From assembly GCF_006345805.1 (NCBI RefSeq), contig NC_043022.1, positions 1,426,001 through 1,490,000 of the forward strand: 64,000 bases of DNA, read 5' to 3'. This DNA comes from Octopus sinensis (taxonomy: Eukaryota). The notes under the pieces were generated by a model. The model saw only the letters and a program-made list of their open reading frames with translations. It made no database searches and was not told the DNA's origin. Shown piece by piece: positions 12,538-24,290 of the stretch (within the stretch, counting starts at the first letter, position 1; every line of letters begins with the position of its first letter). A program made the translations under genes and the position numbers.

Positions 12538-12759
12538 CTGAAAAGTGCGCGAGAGAAGCTGGGTCGACCATGCGACATGTGCAACAACTATGAGGCCCAA
12601 CTTCAGTCAGTGCAAGCGCAGCTGAAGGAATCTCAATCCAAGATCCAACAGCTAAACCGTTATTTGAAGAGTGAGCAACAGGCGTCGGTAAACCAGCGCA
12701 AATACCAGGAGGAGCTGGAGAACAATCTCAAGGAAGTGGCAGAAGATGCACGCAAACAG
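12538..12759 (+). CDS. RABEP1: RABEP1 exon (LKSAREKLGRPCDMCNNYEAQLQ...EVAEDARKQ)
   Basis: ttttcag acceptor, CAG|gtaata donor, 222 nt, phase 0-0. CDMCxNYExQLQ is a recognisable Rabaptin motif. Confidence 0.95.
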
Positions 12760-13471
12760 GTAATACTGTCTAAATGATAATACTTTCTACTAAAGGCACA
12801 AGGCCTGAAATTTCAGGGGAGGAGACTAGTTGATTACATCGAGACCCAGTACTTCACTGGTACTTAATTTATTGACCCCTGCCGAAAGGATGAAAGGCAA
12901 AGTTGTCCTTGGCAGAATTTGAACTCAGAACGTGAGGGCAGGTGAAATGCTGCTCAGCATTTTGCCCCATGTACTAATGATTCTGCCAGCTCAATGCTTA
13001 GGTAATAATAATGATGATAATAATAAAAATAATAATAATAATAATTATCTTTTCTACTCTAGGCAGAAGGCCCAAAACTTTTGGGGAGGGGCCAGTCGAT
13101 CAGATCGACCCTAGTATACAACTAGTACTTTACTTATCGACCCCGAAAGGATGAAAGGCAAAGTTGTCCTCAGTGGAATTTGAACTCAGAATGTGAGAAC
13201 AGGCTAAATGCTGCTTAGCATTTTGCCCTGCATGCTAACAATTCTTCCAGCTCGCTGCGTAAATAATAACAATAACAACAACGATGACGATGATCTCTCA
13301 GAGAGTGCAAACCTTTGGCAAGGCAGCACCATCGTCTTCTCAACAATTAGCTGGAGATGATTTTTAAAATGAGAATATCTGAAATAAACTCGACTGCTCT
13401 CAAATTTATTTATTTATTTTATTTATTTATATGCTTTTTTGTTTGCCTTTTTTTTTCCCCTTCAAATCTAG

Positions 13472-13570
13472 ATATCTACTGTTATGACCAAACTTCAAGA
13501 ATCAGAGAAATTCACAATGGAAGTGAAGCAACAGTTAATGCAGTCGCACCTGGAACTCCAAGACCAACTT
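13472..13570 (+). CDS. RABEP1: RABEP1 exon (ISTVMTKLQESEKFTMEVKQQLMQSHLELQDQL), not in the ORF track
   Basis: T/C tract + ctag acceptor, CTT|gtacgt donor, 99 nt, phase 0-0. Fills the segment matching vertebrate ISALVLRAQASEILLEELQQ... (recalled sequence). Confidence 0.85.
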
Positions 13571-14691
13571 GTACGTTGCCCTACCATTTCTTGTAATCAC
13601 TGTTGTCCTTCGTTAGTTCCCTTAGGTCATCCTCATTGAGCAGACCCATAATTAAAGACCTTGTTCCGTATCTTTTATTCTTTCACTTGTTTCAGTCATC
13701 AGTCTGTGGCCATACTGGAGTCTTGTGAACTGCATGGCAATCTTGCTAGTGCTGGTGCCATGAAAAAGTGTTCTTGTTGGCATTAAAGAGGGCCTACAAC
13801 TATAGAAACCATGCCAGAACGGCATTGAAATCCCCCCCCAAAAAAGCATCCAACTAGTACATTCTGCCAATAAGTTGATGTTAGGGAAAGCATCCAACCA
13901 TAGAAGCCGTTCCAAAGATGCAGTCCTCGGATCTGTTGGATCCTGTCAAACTGTCCTACCTGTGCCAGCATGGAAGAGGGATGTCAAAAGACCATGGCTA
14001 CAGCAGCTGACCATTTCCTTTGCACACTTTTCTCTCTGTCTTTGGAAGTAGACTGAGTAAAATAACCTGAAGGACATGGTTTTGAAATTTGGGTGAGGAA
14101 TCGGACGTAGAACCTAAGTTCTTACCGAAAATTGAATGGTTTTGAGAATTTCAGTCTGTTCTACAAGGCCTGAAATTTTGGGGTAGGAGGTGAGTTGGTT
14201 TCATGGATACCTGTGTTTGAGTGGTACCTTATTCTTTCAACCCAAAAGGACGAAAGGCATAGTCGACTTTCGCAATACTTGGACTCGGAATGGCAGGATG
14301 GACACAATGCCACAGAACATACCATCTGGCATGCTAATAATTCTGCCAGCTCAATGCCTTCATAATAATTACAATAAAGGTTTTAAATTTTGGCCCAAGA
14401 CCAGCAATTTTTGTGGGAGATGGAATAATTGATTACATTTGTCTCTTAGTGCAAGACAAATACTTCGTTTTGTTGACCCCCCCACCCCAACCCACCCCAC
14501 AAAGAGGATGAAAGGCAAAGCTGACTGTGGCAGAATTTGAACCCAGAATGTTAAGACAGAAGAAATGCTGCTAACAGCCATCCCAGCTTACTGCCTTCTT
14601 AATAACAATAATAACAATAACAAAACCTAAAAGTATTAAATTTTGTAGTTTGTGTGTTTAGTTAATGTGTTTTCTTTTTATTTTCTTGTAG

Positions 14692-14730
14692 AAAACGTTG
14701 ACTGAATCAAGGGAAGAAATCCAGGTTGAG
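14692..14730 (+). CDS. RABEP1: RABEP1 39-nt micro-exon (KTLTESREEIQVE)
   Basis: ttttcttgtag acceptor, GAG|gtatgg donor, phase 0-0. Collinear with vertebrate AVLMQSREQVSEE (recalled). Confidence 0.85.
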
Positions 14731-14862
14731 GTATGGCAATCTTACTATTTAGTTGGGTGGACAAATATGTGTGTGTGTGTGTATCACTGGATGTTGTTGT
14801 TGTGTATATAGTATGTGTGTATATTGTGTGTGTGTGTGTGTGTTATATATATATATATATAT

Positions 14863-15060
14863 AGTTAATCCAAACAAGAAAACACAAAAAAACACAACAA
14901 TGCGAGGACGTGGAACAAATTAAGTATTATTGGACGCTCAGGAAAGAAGGGAAGAAGGAGGGTTTAACGTTTCGAGCAGAGCTCTTCGTCGGAAACATAG
15001 GAGAAGGAAAGATCCTGAGAAGGGAAGACAGAGGAAAAAAATCGCCAGCAGTACTCACGA
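14863..15060 (-). mobile_element. Short Penelope/retrozyme-like element with hammerhead-like motif (family H1; second copy 28974-29131 on +)
   Basis: The two copies share 'ggattaact...cctgagcgtcc...gtttccgacgaagagc...gaaacgt'; both abut (TA)n. Confidence 0.55.
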
Positions 15061-16041
15061 CATACTCTTTGACATTCTTCCAGCAACTCCAGGGTTGGTT
15101 GAGATCTCCAGCCCTGTTAGGTAATTCCCCTAAGAGAAGTCCACACTTCTGTAAAACCTACAGCTTGGTGGTCACTGCAGTTGTCTTAGCCCCCACTGAG
15201 CCCCTGTGGTCAGTTGCCCAAGTTTAAAAAGCTTCAGATTGGACTGGGTAGACTGACTCTCACTTTAGAACTACTAAACACAGACAGGAAGAGAAGCCCA
15301 GCATTGATGGAGTAGAGACAAAAACGACAGGTACTGAATGGTGTTGGCTATTGCAGTCTCATCTCTGCTTGCAGATGCTCACTCGTCCTCATAATCTTCA
15401 GACCCAAAGAACTGCTAGCATTAAATTTATCAATTGATGAAAAAATGAGTTGGGTTAACATGGCTTGAATAGTTGTTAGAATGGGCTGGGTTTGCATGAA
15501 TTTAATTTACGAGAGAGAAGAGATGAGAGAAAGCAACCGTGGAATTGATCAATGGAATGGAACGAAATGTTTTTGTTCTTTGTCTTTCATCATCATCATC
15601 ATCATCGTTTAACGTCCGCTTTCCATGCTAGCATGGGTTGGACGATTCAACTGGGGTCTGGGAAGCCGAAGGCTGCACCAGGCCAGTCAGATCTGGCAGT
15701 GTTTCTACAGCTGGATGCCCTTCCTAACGCCAACCACTCCGAGAGTGTAGTGGGTGATTTTATGTGCCACCGACACAGGTGCCAGACGAGGCTGGCGAAC
15801 GGCCACGCTCGGATGGTGTTTTTTACGTGCCACCGGCACGAAGGCCAGTCAATGCGGTACTGGCTACGGCCATGTTCAGATGGTTTTCGTATGTGCCACT
15901 GGCATTGGTACCACAAAACTACAAATTCCATTAATGTTCATCGAGTTTGCTTTTGATTTTGTCCATTTTTTAAAAATGAAAAAAATCTTTAAAAAGTCTT
16001 TAAAAATGAAATTAATGTTGTTTCCCCCTTTATTTCCGCAG

Positions 16042-16143
16042 CTGGATCGACTGACTCAGGAAAACGATTCTCTTGTCGGCAAGCATTCCAAACATTCTCA
16101 ACAATTACAGAATGAAGACATCAACCTTCCTAACAATCTTGAA
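16042..16143 (+). CDS. RABEP1: RABEP1 exon (LDRLTQENDSLVGKHSKHSQQLQNEDINLPNNLE)
   Basis: tttccgcag acceptor, GAA|gtaaga donor, 102 nt. Matches Rabaptin 'LQKDNDSLQGKHS...EDFILP'. Confidence 0.95.
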
Positions 16144-16290
16144 GTAAGACACAACTCTTTACATAGCTTTCTTCAAATCAAATATGTGCGTTTGGGTTTG
16201 ATCGTCTGAACGTTCAGGTATTGCTTGTTCCTTCTCTTCATCCGGAAAACTTTTGTTTGATTTTAGTTGGGTTTCTTTGGAATTTTTCAG

Positions 16291-16480
16291 GAAATGCAGC
16301 TGTTATTATTGAAGTACCGAGAAGAGATTATTGCTGCCAAAGTGGCAAAGGAACACATAGAAGACACCCTGAAGAGTGAGATCCTGTTTCTCAAAGACAG
16401 GGCACTGGCTGACCAGCAAGAAAAGAACACTCTTGAAGAGACTTTGTCACAGGAAGTCAGTACTTTACAAGAACGGCTAG
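16291..16480 (+). CDS. RABEP1: RABEP1 exon (EMQLLLLKYREEIIAAKVAKEHIEDTLKSEILFLKD...LQERL)
   Basis: tttttcag acceptor, CTAG|gtagga donor, 190 nt, phase 0-1. Matches 'LVLKYREDII...LKAEILFLKEQ'. Confidence 0.95.
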
Positions 16481-19064
16481 GTAGGAGGATTTCAGCTCTC
16501 GTTGCTTTTGTTTTACCATTGTCTGACCCAGTGGTGGTGGTGGGGGTGGGTGGCAAAGCCAACCTTTTGTCACCATTTCTCTGTTGAAATATACAAACTT
16601 TGTTTCAATTTATTTTGAAAATAATGGCCGAAGCCAGTGCCGCCTCGACTGGCTTCCATGCAGGTGGCACGTAAAATGCACCAATCCGAACGTGGCCGTA
16701 GCCAGTACCGCATTGACTGGCTTCCATGCAGGTGGCACGTAAAATGCACCAATCCGACCGTGGCCGATGCCAGCCTTGCCTGGCTCCAGTGCCGGTGGCA
16801 CATAAAAAGCACCCACTACACTCACGGAGTGGTTGGCGTTAGGAAGGGCATCCAGCTGTAGAAACATTGCCAGATCAGACTGGAGCCTGGTGCAGCCTCC
16901 TGGCTTCCCAGATCCCCGGTCGAACCGTCCAACCCATGCTAGCATGACAAACGGATGTTAAACGATGATGATGATGATGATGAAGAATTTACTAAAGCTA
17001 GTGTTTAGAAGATAAATTAACAAAGTTTTTAAGCAAGATTTTGATTTAGATCACTTTAACCCTTTTGTTGCCATATTTCTGTTGAAACACATTGCCTTTG
17101 TTTCAATTAGTTGTAAACAACTTTGTCATTATTAAGCTAGTATTAGGAACATAAATTAACATTAAAGTTTGATGGAAAGTTTTAATTTAGATCACTTTAA
17201 CCCCTTCCTAACACCAGCCATGGTTAAGAAGTTCACTTCTCAGCCACATGGTTTCATATTCACTCCCACTGTGTGGTAACTTTGGACAAGCATCTCCTAT
17301 GATGGTCCCAGGCCAATCTAAGCTATGAGTGGATTTTGGTAGACAGAAACTGACAGAAATCAGTTGTTTGTATATAAAATTATTAGCGACAGAGGGTAAA
17401 GGGTAAGGACCCCCTTCGGTCATGAATGACCATAGGATTGCACCAAGGTGCAAGTCCAGGTCAGGTTCTTTACGGAAGACTAGCAGTCGCTCATGCATAC
17501 CGGCCTCCCCTCTCCATGCCACTGATTTTATCCAAGGGAAAGACTAAGAGGCTGATACAGCTTGGCACCAGTGATGTCGCTACTTGTTTCTACAGATGAG
17601 TGAACTGGAGCCACATGAAATAAAGTGTCTTGCTCAAGAACGCAACATGCAGCCCAGTCCAGGAATTGAACTCTCTACCTCATGGTTGTGAGCCTGACAC
17701 TATGGCCACTGAGCCATGCAAAAGTAGTATTAACGCCAGAAGCTAATATTTAACCCCACTGGTTGTGTTAGAACAGAAAATACTGTGATGTTACCACGAG
17801 AGAGAAAGTCTCACATTGGCTTCCAGTGCATATAAGCTCTCTTGTTTATATTGCTAGAGGGGAGATAAATCACCTGCCATTGCCATCACTGTGACCACCA
17901 GGTCACATGATTTCGGCCTTCTCTGGCCTTGTCAATGGTAGATGTTCAGACGCTGGAGATAGCAGCAACGTGTCTGCTAGCAATGTATACATATGTGATT
18001 GTGTGTTTGGCATTTGCTTCTCATCGCATACTGGCTCTCCCACTGGTGTCACTTTCTTGGCTGCAGTCCACCATGATGGCCTGTCTGGGCTTCTTGACAC
18101 ATCCTGACATGTTGTGTAGGTCTTTGTTGACAGGGGGCTCCTTGCAGTGCCATTTGTTTCCCGTTCTCTGCACGAAGCATGTCTAACAGTTTGTTGTTTG
18201 ATAGGCTGGGAGATCACCATCTCACCTGCAAACAGGGGAGTGTTGGTGACAGGGAGAGCATCTGGATGTAAACAGTCTGCCTAAGTAAATGCTGTCGAAC
18301 CCTTGAATGCACTGTAAAGTGGACATTAAAATGATGATAATCTATCTACCTATCTATCCGTCCTTCATTGTATCTATATATCTATATCTGTCTATCTGTC
18401 TGTCCAGCCGTCCATTCATCTATCTTTATTTCTTTATTGCCCACAAGGGGCTAAACACAGAGAGGTCAAACAAGGACAGACAAACAGATTAAGTCGATTA
18501 TATTGACCCCAGGGTGTAACTGGTACTTATTTAATCGACCCCGAAAGGATGAAAGGCAAAGTCGACCTCGGTGGAATTTGAACTCAGAACATAGCGGCAG
18601 ATGAAATACCTATTTCTTTATTACCCACAAGGGGCTAAACACAGAGGGGACAAACAAGGACAGACATAGGTATTAAGTCGATTACATCGACCCCATACGT
18701 AACTGGTACTTAATTTATCGACCCCGAAAGGATGAAAGGCAAAGTTGACCTCGGCGGAATTTGAACTCAGAACATAGCGGCAAATGAAATACCGCAAAGC
18801 ATTTCGCCCGGCGTGCTAACATTTCTGCCAGCTCGCCAACTTATCCATCCATCTACCCAGCTTATGTATCTGTCTGTCCTATCTATTTCCTCTATCCAAT
18901 CCATCTGTACCACCTGTCTGTCCGTCTGTCCATCCATCCATCCATCTTTATATTGCTAAATTAATAACTAAAAACAAAGCAATCTGTTTATGCCTTTTCC
19001 ATTAATTAACACTTACGAACTGTCTCTAATTCAATGTCTCTCTCTTCGTCTTTGCGTGTTGCAG

Positions 19065-19231
19065 CAATTTTGGAAAGCTGTAAGTCAGAACTGGAGCGGG
19101 AATCGTCGGTGCGTGCGGAGACGGAAACAAAACTGCGAGACTCGGACCAGTCTCTGAAGAAGATCCAGACCAAGTCAAAGCAACTAATCAATGCCTTAAC
19201 ACAACAGTTAGACGAACAAACCACGCAACGG
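19065..19231 (+). CDS. RABEP1: RABEP1 exon (AILESCKSELERESSVRAETETKLRD...LDEQTTQR)
   Basis: gttgcag acceptor, CGG|gtaggc donor, 167 nt, phase 1-0; coiled coil. Confidence 0.9.
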
Positions 19232-20109
19232 GTAGGCCCAGAGTTAGCTTCTTTATTTGACTTATTTGGACTGACATCGAGAGATGTAAATAAGAAACGG
19301 CACTCACCGGCAGCGCCATCTGCTGGCACTTCTACTGCTACTATTACTACTCGTCCTCCTCCTACTACTACTACTTCTAAAAATTCCCACCATGCCCCCA
19401 ACTAACAAATATACAAACACACTGATATAAACACTCCGTAGTATGCGTGTATCTATGTTTGCATGGCTACGTTTGTGTTTGTTTGTATATGTGTGTATAT
19501 GTGTTCGTTAAAAAAAAAGTGAAAGAGATTTTTAGTTTTTTGTTTTGTTTGTTGTTTGTTTTTGTGTTTTCTTTCTAGTTATTTTTTTATTTAGGTTTTT
19601 CTTTAGTTGTTTTTTTCTTTGTTTTTTATGTATTGTCATGCGCAAGCCCCCCCCCCCCCCTCTGCCGTCCTATCTTCCCGTCCCTGCCAACTCCGCATCT
19701 ACCGCCATACACTTCTTTCTCCCTTTCACTCTTTCTTTCTCCCTTTCACTCTTTCTTTCTTTCTTTCTTTCTTTCTTTCCCTCCTCCTCCTTCTCTAGAA
19801 TTTATTGTCCTCTTCGTTTAATACATTACTCTTCAAAAACTAATTAATTAAAAAAAAAAACTAAATAAAGTTTACTACTGCTAATACTAATAATAATAAT
19901 CCTTTCTACTAAAGGCACAAGGCCTGGAATTTGTGTGGGGAGAGACAGTCAATCACATTGACCTTAGTATTTGACCCTGAAATTTATTGACCCTGAAAGG
20001 ATGAAAAGCAAAGTCAATCTCGGCAGAATTTGAACACAGAACATGAAAATGTATGAAATGCCGCTAAGCATTTTACCCAGCATGCTAACAATTCTGCCAG
20101 CTCACCACC

Positions 20110-20146
<37 letters not shown>

Positions 20147-20450
20147 TGATGATGATAATATTAATAATCATGTGGTCGACCAGACTATTCGGATGTTGTT
20201 ATACATCGCTGGTCACAATGCGCTTTGCATCATTTTTAGCTTTTGAATGATGCCACCCCACTGGCTAACTGAGCAGGCCAACGTTTCCTTCTGACCGAAA
20301 GGCTGCTCCATGACAGGGTGACCCATTGACAGCTTAGTGGACTGGAGCAATGTGATATGAAGTGTGCTTTGCTCAAGAACACAATGTGTGACCTGTTTGG
20401 GAATTGGACCCATGACCTTGTGATCATGAGTGCAACGCATCTAACCACCG

Positions 20451-20486
<36 letters not shown>

Positions 20487-22973
20487 ATAATAATAATAAT
20501 AATAATAACACTGGATTACATAAATTGTAAGTTATAAGTTCAAACCCTGGGCAGAACACCTAATTCTCTCTGCTTCAGTTCAGCTTTCTATTGCAACTAC
20601 ATGGAAGTTCATCTGTAAATGTTCGCATTCAGATTCTCTGGTGTTCTATCCAGGGGCAGGGTTCATCTCTCATCTATCTCATGTTACAAAACTTGAGCTG
20701 ATCACCATCCTTTATATTTCACCAACCCCCTATGCTTAGGGGTTTAGGCCTGAGTTTCATAATTACCATAGCTGCCTTCAGTGTTTGTGTGTGTGGGCGT
20801 TATGGGACCAGTTATATGTATATATTTGGTATATGCAATGGAGGCTCTATTAAATTAAAATGGCCATCTATGTATCATACTCAATGTATATACATGGCTG
20901 ATAGGCCAGTTATTGTAGTATTTGTCCTGAGATAATATCTTATTGATGTTCTCTGTTCAAAATTCTATGAATGTCAGAGGGTGACAAAAAATTCATCCCC
21001 ACAATGATCAGCAAGAGTTCCAGATGTATTTTTATTTCTAATATAGAAAAAAAATGAAGAAAGCATTCACTGATGGTGTGAATAGCTTCCCAGGTGAATA
21101 AAAATCCAGTACGTGCAATTGTGGCAGCATTAAATTAAAATAGCTATCTATATATTATACTCAATGTATACTCACTATTGCTAAACCAGTTACTGGCCAC
21201 TGCTGGGACAAATTTTATTTTCCCTCTGATATTTATTGTTTTTAATGCAGCATGTCGATAAGATGTCATTATAGGACAAATACTGCAGTCGAGGCCTGTC
21301 AGTGATGTTTATACACAGATGTATAGTATACACACACACATACACACACACTTTATTACTTTAACACTAAATTAAATCTTGAAACAAGCCGTGCTGAATG
21401 CTATATTTTATTGATATATATAAAAATGTAAATGCCACACTAATGCTTGATGATGTCTTGAGATAGAACTAATTAAAACAGATGTACAGTTAAATATCTA
21501 AATATACTACCAGCCCTAAATTAGCCTCGTCAGCTACTAACGAGCCTGCAATCAATGGGAACAACCCATCACTTTCTGAATCTTCCCTTATGAAGCCAAA
21601 CTATGATGATGGTATTGGAAACATTATAATCTACATGCACAGGTCTTCAATTAAGATTTACATGACACAAAACTCCAGACTTTGAGGTTTCAACGTCTGG
21701 ACTCTCTAACCCCACAGTTTTGAGAAGTGGTCCTCAACCCTTGAAGGTCCGCATAAGATTTTGTTGTTAAAATTTATCTGCAGTAAGTTGGCTATACTTC
21801 TACAATACATAATATATTTTAGAAATTTTTTTTTTATATATAATTCTTTAGCCAGTGCCAGCATCACATAGCTAGCACCTGTGTCGATGGCACATAAAAA
21901 AGCACTCTTTGAACTTTGGGCCTCACGGAGGCAGTGACAAGTGACTGAGACCTTTGGCAATATACTGTTCTTGATAAGACCTGAGAAGCCAAGTAAGATC
22001 TTAGTTGTGGCTGATGCTGGTGTTTCATAGCTGGCACCCGTGCTGGTGGCATGTAAAAAGCACCCACTACATTCTTGGAGTGGTTGGCATTAGGAAGGGC
22101 ATCCAGCTATAGAAACCATGCTAAATCGGACTGTAGCTTGGTGCAGCTCTCCAGCCTATCGGTTTTCATTCAAACTGTCCAACCCATGCCAACATGGAAT
22201 ACGGACATTAAGTGATGATGATAATGATGATGAACAATATAATAGGAGTAAAATAGGAACCAAAGGGTCCAGTGGGGACAAAGTGGTTGAGAAACACTGG
22301 TTTAGAATCTCAGAGGATAGCTTGACACCTGTATAGACAGATTTATATGACATTGTTTGAGTGATGGTGGACTCATATTTAAATGTCTCCTGTGGACAGT
22401 GTGTCCATGGCTCATTGCTTTTGACATATGAACAATGGAATGAAGAAAAATATGGTCTATTTGTAAAACCTGTCAGAGTTAACATAAAGAAGGGCATCTG
22501 GCTGTCATATAGTAGGGGTAATGACGCCCCCAGTCTTCAGCCATCAATGACCATGGGATTACACCTAGAAAGTTACCCTCTGAGGCACAGGTCTGGGCAA
22601 GGTTGTTTTATGAAAGACCAGCTGTCACCCATGCATACCAGCCTCCCCTTTCCACACCACTGATGTTATCCAAGGGAAAGGCAAAGGGGCCGAGACAGCT
22701 TGGCACCAGTGATGTCGCAACTCATTCCTGCAGCTGAGTGAACTGGAGCCATAGTGAAATCAAGTGTCTTGCTCAAGAACATAACACACAGCTCAGTCCA
22801 GAAATCGAACTCACTACTTCATGATTGTGAGCCTCACACCCTAACCACTGAGCCACGCAGCTTCATGTACTGCTTCAGTAATTCCTGTCTGACTCGTGTC
22901 AAAGGGGACATAAAAATAATGATGATGATAAACTGTTGTTTCAAGTATATTTAGATATTCAACTGTACACTTT

Positions 22974-23007
<34 letters not shown>

Positions 23008-23267
23008 TACATGGGACCATTAAGAATATATATATGTAGATTATGCATATATATATATATATTTGAAACCTGTATTTTTGTCAGTCTGTTGAATGTAAAC
23101 ATGTATATTTGTTAAACTAATGCTTACTACTAAAAAAAAAAAAGGGATTTTTTTCTAGATAATAAATTGCTTTGTTTGATCTAGCACTGTGAAATACTCT
23201 GAGTTTATTTTTTTAATTTTTGTGTTGTTTTCCATGAGATACAAAGACAGCCTGTGACTTTGGTATA

Positions 23268-23312
<45 letters not shown>

Positions 23313-23921
23313 ATGTTTTAAAATTTTTTTTGAAAGCTAAAACAATGCAAGTTATGGAAAACAGTACAAGCTGATGGTTTTATCCGGTATTTCAATATTT
23401 CGGGCTTAGGACCCCTTCTTGTGATGTTGTGATCCGACTTCTTTTTTTTTTTGTAATGTGTGTGTGTGTGTGTGTATATCTCTTTTACTTGTTTCAGTCA
23501 TTTGACTGTGGACATGCTGGAGCACCGCCTTTAGTCGAGCAGATCGACCCCGGGACTTATTCTTTGTAAGCCCTGTACTTATTCTATCGGTCTCTTTTGC
23601 TGAACCGCTAAGTGACGGGGACGTAAACACACCAGCATTGGTTGTCAAGCAATGCTAGGGGGACAAACACAAACACACACACACACACATATATACGACA
23701 GGCTTCTTTCAGTTTCCGTCTACCAAATGCACTACAAGGCATTGGTCGGCCCGGGGCTATAGCAGAAGACCCTTTCCCCAGATGCCACGCGGTGGGACTG
23801 AACCCGGAACCATGTGGTTGGTTAGCAAGCTACTTACCACACAGCCACTCCTGCGCCTATATATATATATATTATATATATATATATATATATGCATGCA
23901 TATGCACGCACACAAATACTG

Positions 23922-24290
23922 TACAGGATGTCGAGGCCAAATTTGACAGTTTGCATAAAAGAGAAAATACAATATCCACCCCAAAATAAAGTGTTTTATG
24001 AAATAAAAAAAAATACTGGTTAGATTTTGGCTGGGAGATAAGAGTTTCCTCAAAGTAGCTGCCTTCACCTGCTGTCATGGTTTCAAGACTGCCCTGGAAC
24101 CTGGTGAATGCATTCCTCATTGTGTCTCTGGGAAGATCTTTGAACACATCCTTGATCTTCAAGCACCACCAACTTGGCCTTGACCTTGATGTGGCAGAGG
24201 TTGGTGTCTTTCTTAGCTGCATCCCACACATAATAATGCCTGGGGCTACAATCATAGGAATTAAGAAACCAGATCACCAAACTTAACCTG
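23922..24290 (-). mobile_element. Tc1/mariner transposase 3' fragment, frameshifted, with TIR-like end
   Basis: Minus frames give NSYDCSPRHYYVWDAAKKDTN and KIKDVFKDLPRDTMRNAFTRFQGSLETM..EGSYFE, the 'WPPNSPDLNP.DY..W' C-terminal signature; end 'tacaggatgtc'. Confidence 0.8.
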
